Below, in pieces: positions 24,823-32,000 of a stretch of DNA of 32,000 nucleotides (position 1 is the first letter of the stretch; every line of letters starts with the position of its first letter). Below the pieces are notes generated by a model. The model saw only the letters and a list, made by a program, of their open reading frames with translations. It was not told the origin of the DNA and did not search any database. The DNA comes from Candidatus Thorarchaeota archaeon (GTDB lineage: Archaea; Asgardarchaeota; Thorarchaeia; Thorarchaeales; Thorarchaeaceae), in contig SHMX01000009.1 of assembly GCA_008080745.1 (NCBI GenBank), positions 30,001 through 62,000 on the forward strand, read 5' to 3'. The position numbers and the translations under genes are program-made.

Positions 24823-26208
24823 TCAGTCGTTTGTGCTTTGGTTATTTTCAAGAGGCACCTTACATATCACTGCAATTATTATTAGATTCAATCCAATCAC
24901 CACTAAAAATAACATAATGGGACTAAAGTATGTGAAGAGAAAACCTCCTATAGAAGGCGCGATAGCACTTGCGAGATAACCAACAATAGTCACCACTCCT
25001 AATGTTTTGGCTGTATCTTCTTTTGGTAGATTCTTTTGAATAATTGCAAAGATGATTACTCCCCATAAGATATCATTTAATGACTTGAGGGTAAGGGCCA
25101 AAAACGGTGTAGTGAAAATAACTTCGAGGCCAAATATTAGATTAAGAGATGAAATGCTGAAAAATGGTATCCATATTGGGATCACGGGTGCGATGATGAG
25201 TAACATAGCGCAAATAGGCATGATGACATAGACTCGCATAGCTGCCTTCTTGATGCCTTCTTTATCTGTGAATCTGCCTATTTTCAGAAGTAGAGGGATT
25301 GAAACAAAAAGAGGAAGCAATACCATTAGATTGATAGAATCTACGGATACACCCAGAAATTCGTTTGTGTAAATTAGGGCTGCAAAACGGAACAAGTTGT
25401 CACTTGTAGCATCAAGCGCCATAATGATGAGAACTCCTGGCATTACTTTCATAGCTAAAACTGCTGCGCGTTTATTCTCGCTGACAAAATCCCTCAAAAT
25501 AGACATCTTGTGCGAAATTTTTGGCTTCTCACCCCCTTCAAGGTATTTTGCTCTTATGCAACTACAAAGTAGAAGTAAGACTCCACCAGTTATGTAAATG
25601 AGTCTGAATCCGTCAACGAACCCTATGATTGGGATTAACATACCAAAAACAAGAAGTGTAACTATCCCAAGAGCACTACCTACCTTGAACATCGAAATTG
25701 CCAATCCACCATGATTCTTTGGAATGTTTTCCATTATGTATGCAGAGGATCCTCCTCGGGCAATATCTTGCATTGAGAATACCAATAATGCTCCAAATAC
25801 CATGAAAAACTCCGTGGATATTCCCATCATCACATAGTGAATCCCCATCATGACCATGGCCATAACAGATAGCATTCTTCTATCCATAGTGTCTCCTACA
25901 TATCCACTCAGAAACCGTGTTACTGTTATTGCAAGAATAGCTATAGAACTGACTATCCCTATGGTCATATAGTCCCAGCCAATATAACGTAGGTAGAGAT
26001 TCAGATAGACCTGCATGACGAAAAAGGCATTGAACACCCATGCCGTACCAACATAGATTCTATAATTCTTCCAGCCAAAAATATCTCGTAAAGCTTCACG
26101 AAAACTTGCATCTTCCTTTTCTCTTTCTGGAATGGACTCGCCCGGAATTGGTGCTTTTGAGTCATTCTTAATGGGTTTTTGTATTGTTTCTTGTGCAAGT
26201 TCTGTCAT
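24823..26208 (-). CDS. MFS transporter
   Basis: Motif A-like SGYVGDTMDRR and GRFTDKEGIK; ~12 hydrophobic segments. Confidence 0.85.
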   Translation of the reverse strand: MTELAQETIQKPIKNDSKAPIPGESIPEREKEDASFREALRDIFGWKNYRIYVGTAWVFNAFFVMQVYLNLYLRYIGWDYMTIGIVSSIAILAITVTRFLSGYVGDTMDRRMLSVMAMVMMGIHYVMMGISTEFFMVFGALLVFSMQDIARGGSSAYIMENIPKNHGGLAISMFKVGSALGIVTLLVFGMLIPIIGFVDGFRLIYITGGVLLLLCSCIRAKYLEGGEKPKISHKMSILRDFVSENKRAAVLAMKVMPGVLIIMALDATSDNLFRFAALIYTNEFLGVSVDSINLMVLLPLFVSIPLLLKIGRFTDKEGIKKAAMRVYVIMPICAMLLIIAPVIPIWIPFFSISSLNLIFGLEVIFTTPFLALTLKSLNDILWGVIIFAIIQKNLPKEDTAKTLGVVTIVGYLASAIAPSIGGFLFTYFSPIMLFLVVIGLNLIIIAVICKVPLENNQSTND

Positions 26209-26330
26209 ATTGCTGTCAGTTCCAAAGTTGATGCTTACGGATGGTTAACTAGATTATCTGAAAGCTCATGATTGAGTCTGACTTGAACTATTTATGCTCC
26301 ACTCGCTAGATCAATCCAAAATTTGAGAAC

Positions 26331-26354
26331 CCCAGGAGAGATTCCTCTCCTGGG
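26331..26354. terminator. Perfect 10-bp hairpin downstream of the small-gene cluster
   Basis: CCCAGGAGAG-attc-CTCTCCTGGG, 15 nt after the stop at 26370. Confidence 0.65.
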
Positions 26355-26369
26355 TCTATCTAATTATGT

Positions 26370-26624
26370 TCAGTTGTCAAAAACTATTATCTGTACATCA
26401 CCATTCTTTTTTGGCATTGCTAGCAATCGATGAGTGCAAATATCTGCAGTCAGAATTAGGCATTCTGGTGAAGAATTCGATGCCATCAGATTCTTCACAG
26501 CAAGTTCTAGATTCAAAGCTACCAATCTAACAACTTCTGGGTCCTCATAGATATCGATTTCTCTTCCATTTTCTTGCATATCCGCACTAAGGATTGGATC
26601 CAATGCTAGGTCCGATCTTATCAT
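26370..26624 (-). CDS. Small hypothetical protein (84 aa)
   Basis: GGAGTGA RBS before the ATG; protein-like composition; followed by a hairpin. Confidence 0.7.
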   Translation of the reverse strand: MIRSDLALDPILSADMQENGREIDIYEDPEVVRLVALNLELAVKNLMASNSSPECLILTADICTHRLLAMPKKNGDVQIIVFDN

Positions 26625-26686
26625 TTAATCACTCCATTTTTCTTCTTTTTCTCGTTTTCACTTCTTACCATGGCTCAGTTTCTGGA

Positions 26687-26941
26687 TCATCTTCTGGATA
26701 CATCTTCTTCTCTCCTCCATTCAAAATTTTGTACCCCGAACAGGTAATCGAACAGCAAACCCGCAGGTGTCATATACACATTAACACAATCTGATGATTT
26801 ACTTCAGAAGGGACAGGTTTCTTCACACGGGACTTGCACGATTCTTGCAATGCCCTTAACTATCCCAATAGAAATCAATCGTAGAAGAGCACGATTTTGT
26901 GTCATCTCTTCGTACGCGGATTTGATATGATCAATCGCTAT
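26687..26941 (-). other. Hidden ~84-codon ORF with one in-frame TGA (26806-26804): selenoprotein candidate or pseudogene
   Basis: Reads (I)AIDHIKSAYEEMTQNRALLRLISIGIVKGIARIVQVPCEETCPF*SKSSDCVNVYMTPAGLLFDYLFGVQNFEWRREEDVSRR. Perfect GGAGGTGA 6 nt before ATA 26941; alternative ATG at 26905. Confidence 0.5.
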
Positions 26942-27195
26942 TTCTGTTCACCTCCTCCGATTACCTCTCCGGAGCTACCGTATTCTTCTTGGCTAGGGTC
27001 TTTTATCCCTTCCAAGAATCGTGTTACACTAGAATAGAGGGTTTCTGATACTATAATGAGTCGATTATCACCACTCCTTGAAATAATGGGCAGAAACAGC
27101 CTCTCCATGATGTCTGTGAAGGCATTAAAATAAACGTGATCTTGAACATTAGCAATGGGACAATTTATATGAATGATGTCTAAACAAATGGCCAT
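26938..27195 (-). CDS. Small hypothetical protein (85 aa; start uncertain)
   Basis: Open frame whose TAG overlaps the next ORF's ATA; no clear RBS; could start at ATG 27108. Confidence 0.45.
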   Translation of the reverse strand: MAICLDIIHINCPIANVQDHVYFNAFTDIMERLFLPIISRSGDNRLIIVSETLYSSVTRFLEGIKDPSQEEYGSSGEVIGGGEQK

Positions 27196-27238
27196 CTAAG
27201 GTGGTTGTACCATTACTACATTTCTTTCCTCTGCAGAA

Positions 27239-28276
27239 TTGAAATTACTCAATCGTGTTGCATTGGACCCCGCTCAAAGGAAGAGTTCTCTCTCTAAACA
27301 GCTAGGAGTTACTCGTTCTGCTGTAAACCAGATATGGACACGACTAGAAGAGCGAAATAATCTCTCCGTACGGAGCATGATTGATTATGGAAAAATTGGT
27401 CTTATTCCAGTCATGGGGTTAGTATCAACACATGATGAACCACAAAAGCTCAAAGAACTTAGTGGGTGGTTTCAAAACAATCCCTTTGTTGTATCTCTTA
27501 ACGTGTCAACTGTTGCCGCATCTGTTGAGTCAGTTCTTCTATTTGAAGCTATTTTTCCTGTTGGTCCACAATTATCAAAATTCAAATCGTATATTGAAAC
27601 ATCGAAAGAATCTGAATCCACATCTGCATTCATATCCCCCATAACTCATCAGGACTATACTCTCAATATTGGAAACTTTAGTGGGTCTCAATGGGATCTT
27701 GCTGACCCCTTTCGACTTGAAGCTGTAATTAGTGCTACTAAAAAATTTGCAGATGTACTTCCAGAGGATTTACCAATGGCAATCAGCCCTCCTGTTTCAG
27801 GTGATGTGGAATCTGCAATTATTGTAGGGGCACTTGAGAATAGTTATTTTGCAACTACAAATGAGGTCTTGACCCTATTTCGAAAACTAAAGTTTCCACA
27901 CCCATCAGGTCGCACAATACGTCGCAGAATGAAGACACTCAGAAAGAGTATTGTACAACCCTACGTTGACATCGACGGATTGGGTCTGACACAAAAAGTA
28001 GCATTGGTGGTTAAAGCCTCGCCAACCTCGGACATAGTAAAAACCCTGATTGCGCAATCTACTAGTTTTCCGAAAACCTGGGTAGCATGTGGTACTTCCT
28101 TGACCCTAATCTATCTTGATTTACCTCCGTCCGTTGATTGGTTTGCTATTTCAACAACTCTTTCAATCCTTGACTCATCCGGCTCTATCATCTCTCCCTT
28201 CATAATTTCAGATGGCTTGATTAGAAAAGGCTTAGAAGGGGTATTGCCTTCTCTTATTCATAAAAATCATACTTAA
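27239..28276 (+). CDS. Protein with two tandem Lrp/AsnC-like wHTH+effector modules
   Basis: LSKQLGVTRSAVNQIWTRLEE...IDYGKIGL and SGRTIRRRMKTLRK...IDGLGL. The frame is open back to 27200; the real start may be ATT 27212. Confidence 0.72.
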   Translation: MKLLNRVALDPAQRKSSLSKQLGVTRSAVNQIWTRLEERNNLSVRSMIDYGKIGLIPVMGLVSTHDEPQKLKELSGWFQNNPFVVSLNVSTVAASVESVLLFEAIFPVGPQLSKFKSYIETSKESESTSAFISPITHQDYTLNIGNFSGSQWDLADPFRLEAVISATKKFADVLPEDLPMAISPPVSGDVESAIIVGALENSYFATTNEVLTLFRKLKFPHPSGRTIRRRMKTLRKSIVQPYVDIDGLGLTQKVALVVKASPTSDIVKTLIAQSTSFPKTWVACGTSLTLIYLDLPPSVDWFAISTTLSILDSSGSIISPFIISDGLIRKGLEGVLPSLIHKNHT

Positions 28277-28295
28277 CATATAGTGAGACGAGGTT

Positions 28296-29744
28296 ATGCC
28301 CTTGTCAAAAAGAGGGAAAAAAGAATTGACAACTGATAGTCTTCCGGAAAACTACAGTACCCCCTATGACCATCTTATCCCCTCTGTTGAAGATCCCTCT
28401 GCAAATTTCTATCTTGATTTGATGAGAATCTATCTAGCAATATATTCTGGAACGCTCTCCCTAGAAGATGCCGTTAGGATTTTTGAAAAACAAAAATCAA
28501 ATCCCGAATCTGTAAAAGTGCTAATCGATCCTACAATCATCCCTCTTCGAGAAACATATATCAGAAAGATACTATCCAACCTCGAAACTTTACAGAAATA
28601 TGAATTGAAGTCTCTCGATGCAATTCGTTCAGCTTTCAATTTTGCTTTCTTAATGGAAGAATCACCTATTTCTCCTCTCGATCTTGACATGCTGAAATAC
28701 TTCCTGAAGAACCCTCTAAGTACTATATCAAAAGCTGCCTCCATGCTATCTGTAGCTTCAAGAACGGTTTCACGTGCACTAAAGAGGCTTAGAGAGAGGC
28801 ATTCTGTTCGCTTTCAATCCCTGCATGATCCAAGTGCATTTGGTGTCCAGTCAGCTTTATTCTTCTTTCGCCTCCAGAATACTGTGTCTTGGGATTTTGT
28901 TGAAGATGGATTAGCCAGATTTCCTCATACGAAATCCATGCTTAAGACCCCCATGTCTGATTATGGATATGCAACTTTCATGTTTCCATATAGTTCCTCT
29001 AACTTGTCACGTTTTCTTAGCAGTATAGAACAACTTCAGGATGAAACCTTTGAACATACAAGTGTACACCTCATGCGTGCTTCGGGCACCCATTTTAACA
29101 TGGATTTGTTCTCAAACGAGCAATGGAGATTTCCTGACCAAGCTACTGGTTTTCTACATCCGGGTGCTCCATTACCTACTGGAATCGAACCTTCACTTTT
29201 GTATTGTAAAGGGAGAAACCCAAAGGTAGCACCCTATGATTTTGAAATAATTTCCCAATATCGTCTTGATATTCGTGCATCTCCAAGTACTATCCAGAAA
29301 TTCCTCTCTCTTCGAAATATAGAATATGATGTACGTTACATATCCCGATCAATTAAGAGATGTAGACGCAACAATTTGCTATTACCTAATGTTTCCTGGG
29401 GTAGTCTCGGACTACCAAATAACTTCTGCTTCGAGATTCTTTGTAATGGTGAATGGGTACAACGAATAACTCATGCACTTGAATTATTCCCAAATAGCCT
29501 CTCATATATTTCAGACCGTGGTATTGTTATTTGGATTCAGGTACCTGGATACCATCAGGTGGATTATTATCAAATGATACGCAATCTGGAGCGTTATGAG
29601 AGCGTAGAATCTGTTGAATCGATTATGACCCTCAAGCAGAAGGGTTCACGTTCTACATTAGACTTGCTGAAAAACTGGAGAATAGAAAAAGGGGAATGGA
29701 CTACTAATCCCGATAGTTTAGATCTTGGAGAATACATTTGCTAA
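28296..29744 (+). CDS. Protein with an N-terminal helical region plus two Lrp/AsnC-like wHTH+effector modules
   Basis: LDLDMLKYFLKNPLSTISKAASMLSVASRTVSRALKRLRE...DPSAFGV and YISRSIKRCRRNNLL...GSLGL; GAGG RBS. Confidence 0.75.
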   Translation: MPLSKRGKKELTTDSLPENYSTPYDHLIPSVEDPSANFYLDLMRIYLAIYSGTLSLEDAVRIFEKQKSNPESVKVLIDPTIIPLRETYIRKILSNLETLQKYELKSLDAIRSAFNFAFLMEESPISPLDLDMLKYFLKNPLSTISKAASMLSVASRTVSRALKRLRERHSVRFQSLHDPSAFGVQSALFFFRLQNTVSWDFVEDGLARFPHTKSMLKTPMSDYGYATFMFPYSSSNLSRFLSSIEQLQDETFEHTSVHLMRASGTHFNMDLFSNEQWRFPDQATGFLHPGAPLPTGIEPSLLYCKGRNPKVAPYDFEIISQYRLDIRASPSTIQKFLSLRNIEYDVRYISRSIKRCRRNNLLLPNVSWGSLGLPNNFCFEILCNGEWVQRITHALELFPNSLSYISDRGIVIWIQVPGYHQVDYYQMIRNLERYESVESVESIMTLKQKGSRSTLDLLKNWRIEKGEWTTNPDSLDLGEYIC

Positions 29745-30739
29745 TCTTTGCTCTTCATTCGATATTCAAGTTCCTTAAACACCTCTGATGTAGCTTTCCG
29801 CCAATCGCCTACAAAAGGAGGTCCAAAAACAACTTCATTTACTCCCATTTTCCAAAGATCTTCGTATTGGTCTATCATATGGTCTGGTGTTCCACTGATA
29901 GCAAATGTATCAAGAATTTCCGCTGTTATTAGTGATACTCCTGCTTCAGCTCCATTCTTTTCTACAGCTTGCCTAATCTTTTCAATTCTGTCTCTATCAA
30001 TATCAAGCTTATCTGTCACACTCTCAGGTGTATCTGCAATTATCAAGGACACCACTCTTTTTGCTAGTTTGTTGTCCTCGGTTTGTGATGTTGGGATGGT
30101 AGCTAACCAGACCACTTTGTATGGTGGAGACCTATTATTCTTCTGCGCTGATTGATTAACGGATTTGATTGCATCTCTCAAATACCCTCTAGGGCCGGAT
30201 AGAATCACCCCGTCTGCATATTCCCCTGCTAATTTCAGCATCTGGGGTCCGCGCACTCCAAGAAAAATTGGCACTTCTTCAAGTTTTTTCATCCTTAGTT
30301 TAAACCCATCAAGATGAAAATATGCGTTTTTGATCGTTACAATTTCTCCTCTCCACAGAGACCGCAATGTTTCAATAGCGTCTTCTAAAGCAGAAACTGG
30401 TTTCTCCAAGGAGATTCCCTTTTTCTTAAGATCCTGAATTCCTCCAATACCAATTCCTAGAATGAACTTTCCTTCATTTAGTTCGTTAAGTGTGATTGCC
30501 GCTCTAGCAATTGTCGAGATGTTATGAATGGTAATTGGAACTATTGCGGTACCGACCTGGACATTCTCTGATTGTACTATTGATGCGCTTGTGAGAGAGT
30601 ATATTTCCTGTCCCAGATCGATATCCTCTCCTATCCATATTCTATGAGCTCCAAGATCCTGAGCATTCTTTGCAATCCATGATGTTGCGGATAGATGCAT
30701 ATTTGTTGTTATTCCCAAGCTTACTCCTTTCATTTTCAC
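29741..30739 (-). CDS. Luciferase-like (LLM) oxidoreductase, Mer-like, probably F420-dependent
   Basis: RIWIGED, VGTAIVP, GKFILGIGIG, VPIFLGVRGPQMLKLAGEYADGVIL, FAISGTPD, EVVFGPP. Confidence 0.85.
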   Translation of the reverse strand: MKMKGVSLGITTNMHLSATSWIAKNAQDLGAHRIWIGEDIDLGQEIYSLTSASIVQSENVQVGTAIVPITIHNISTIARAAITLNELNEGKFILGIGIGGIQDLKKKGISLEKPVSALEDAIETLRSLWRGEIVTIKNAYFHLDGFKLRMKKLEEVPIFLGVRGPQMLKLAGEYADGVILSGPRGYLRDAIKSVNQSAQKNNRSPPYKVVWLATIPTSQTEDNKLAKRVVSLIIADTPESVTDKLDIDRDRIEKIRQAVEKNGAEAGVSLITAEILDTFAISGTPDHMIDQYEDLWKMGVNEVVFGPPFVGDWRKATSEVFKELEYRMKSKD

Positions 30740-30828
30740 TCATACTATTCATACATACCAGTTAGATAATTCATTCCATCCAATACGTAGATATTTCTGT
30801 GTACGTTCCATCATCATTCTGATGAATA

Positions 30829-31383
30829 TTGAAGATTGCATGGGGTATCACTGGTTCAGGTGACAAAATCAATGAAACCATTGATAGTATGGTCAAATTG
30901 GTCGAGTCTTCTGGTTACCAGATTGATGTTTTTATCTCAAAAGCTGGTAAACAAGTTCTTGGTTGGTACAAATTATGGGATAGAATCAGAGGCTCGTTTG
31001 AAACTGTAAAAGTAGAGATTGATGCTAATGTCCCTTTTATTGCAGGTCCTCTCCAAATTGGAGCCTATGACTTGTTGGTTGTTGCTCCGCTTACTGCCAA
31101 TTCTGCTGCAAAAATAGCATATGGTATCGAAGACACGCTTCTAACTAATGCCGTTGCTCAAACGTTGAAAGGTAGCACTCCTGTCATCCTCTTCCCAGTC
31201 GATCAGTTCCCAGGAACCGTAGAAACTATAGCTCCAGATGGACGAGTGGTTTCAATACGAACTAGACAGATAGATTTAGACAATGTAGAACGATTACGAC
31301 AAATGAAAGGTGTGACAGTGGTCAGTTCAATCAGTGAGATCATTGCACTTGTTAAGGAATATCTCCCACACACCGATTTCTGA
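30829..31383 (+). CDS. afpA: Archaeoflavoprotein AfpA-like FMN-binding protein
   Basis: KIAWGITGSG, YDLLVVAPLTANSAAKIAYGI.DTL.TNAV, PVDQ; TTG start. Confidence 0.82.
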   Translation: MKIAWGITGSGDKINETIDSMVKLVESSGYQIDVFISKAGKQVLGWYKLWDRIRGSFETVKVEIDANVPFIAGPLQIGAYDLLVVAPLTANSAAKIAYGIEDTLLTNAVAQTLKGSTPVILFPVDQFPGTVETIAPDGRVVSIRTRQIDLDNVERLRQMKGVTVVSSISEIIALVKEYLPHTDF

Positions 31384-31392
31384 GGTAACAAG

Positions 31393-32000
31393 ATGTGCAC
31401 GCATCGTCTATCCAAAGAGCGAATGAATGAAATCCAGAGCTTGATAATATTATGGTATAATTCCGCTGGTCGTTTCTTTGCATGGCGAAATTCTTCAAAT
31501 CCATTTCACATTCTCATAGCTGAGATGATGTTGCGTCGCACAACTGCAAAAGCAGTTGAAAAAGTCTATCCCGATTTTATTCGAAAATATGATACCTCTG
31601 CAAAATTATCGTCTGCCAATCTTGAATCCATCACCAAGCTAGTGTCATCTTTAGGACTCCAAAATACTCGTGCACAACATCTAAAGTCCACAGCACAAAT
31701 ACTCGAATCGGATTATGAAGGCATAGTTCCCTCTGAAAAGAAACAGCTACTAGCCCTGCCGGGAGTAGGCAGATATGTGGCATCTGCAGTACAAAACTTT
31801 GCATATCATCTACCTGTACCGTTAGTCGATGGAAATGTTCTTCACTTTCTGAAACGAGTTTTTTCTTTGACATTCACGGGCTCTGATGACCCCGATGCCT
31901 GGAACTTCATGGATTTGTTTGGCCCTCCTCATCCTCCTGAGTTCTATTTTGGTATAATTGACCTGGTAGCTAAAATCTGTCTTAGACTTAATCCCAGATG
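31393..32000 (+). CDS. HhH-GPD DNA glycosylase, MIG (T/G mismatch) type; 3' end truncated by the window edge
   Basis: Translated by hand, not in the ORF track: ...NPFHILIAEMMLRRTTA...LPGVGRYVASAV...VDGNV...KICLRLNPR. LRRT and the HhH Tyr match MIG rather than MutY (LQQT, Ser) or Nth (Lys). GAGGT RBS. Confidence 0.85.
   Translation, partial: MCTHRLSKERMNEIQSLIILWYNSAGRFFAWRNSSNPFHILIAEMMLRRTTAKAVEKVYPDFIRKYDTSAKLSSANLESITKLVSSLGLQNTRAQHLKSTAQILESDYEGIVPSEKKQLLALPGVGRYVASAVQNFAYHLPVPLVDGNVLHFLKRVFSLTFTGSDDPDAWNFMDLFGPPHPPEFYFGIIDLVAKICLRLNPR

Noticed and set aside
26209-26369. SECIS element for the UGA-containing ORF
   Set aside because: The 26331-26354 hairpin lacks an AUGA/GA core on the coding strand. 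A minus-strand ATGA...AA...TGA candidate between about 26270 and 26215 has weak pairing and non-canonical spacing.
26804-26806. UGA = Trp genetic code
   Set aside because: Several genes in the window end in TGA at the expected family C-terminus (e.g. the GTPase, smsB, afpA), and Trp is encoded by TGG elsewhere.
27239-29744. Siroheme decarboxylase AhbA/AhbB
   Set aside because: Similar wHTH+effector architecture, but I see no H-x-Y-x-R-type catalytic motif and there are no heme/siroheme genes nearby.
116-31873. Numerous 60-225 aa ORFs in the track that overlap longer genes (e.g. 14869..15546, 16259..16669, 24244..24648, 29748..30155, 31631..31873)
   Set aside because: Antisense or out-of-frame shadows of well-supported genes, with no motifs or RBS.
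1-32000. tRNA/rRNA genes, CRISPR arrays, IS elements or integrases
   Set aside because: No cloverleaf/T-loop signatures, regularly spaced direct repeats, transposase motifs or terminal inverted repeats seen by eye. A tRNAscan/Infernal run would be needed to exclude small RNAs.

Overview
A gene-dense archaeal chromosomal window with about 30 CDS. I found no rRNA, tRNA, CRISPR array or mobile element. The gene set points to an Asgard archaeon, probably Thorarchaeia; this is inferred from a longin-Arf-like GTPase fusion, a long ankyrin protein, AfpA, SmsCB, GGTGA/GAGG-type ribosome-binding sites and frequent TTG/GTG starts. Recognisable housekeeping genes are a class I aldolase, transketolase, 1Fe superoxide reductase, a rubrerythrin-like protein, minimal SUF (SmsCB), SerRS, Nth, an MFS transporter, a Mer-like oxidoreductase, AfpA and a partial MIG-type glycosylase. 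The strongest candidate for a new system is a threonine-synthase-fold protein whose PLP Schiff-base lysine is replaced by Leu (SFKDRG to SFLDRG). It is fused to a C-terminal PadR winged helix and sits head-to-head, across a palindromic spacer, with an ECF S-component of the family that includes B6 transporters. I infer an enzyme-derived vitamin B6/amino-acid sensing regulator. Other highlights: a circularly permuted family-5 solute-binding protein; a hidden ~84-aa ORF with an in-frame UGA in a CPF-UGA context, in a small-gene cluster divergent from two double-Lrp proteins; a five-Cys insert in SmsC; and an AP-mu/sigma-like longin fused to an Arf-like GTPase. All functional calls come from motif recognition by eye; no database searches were run.
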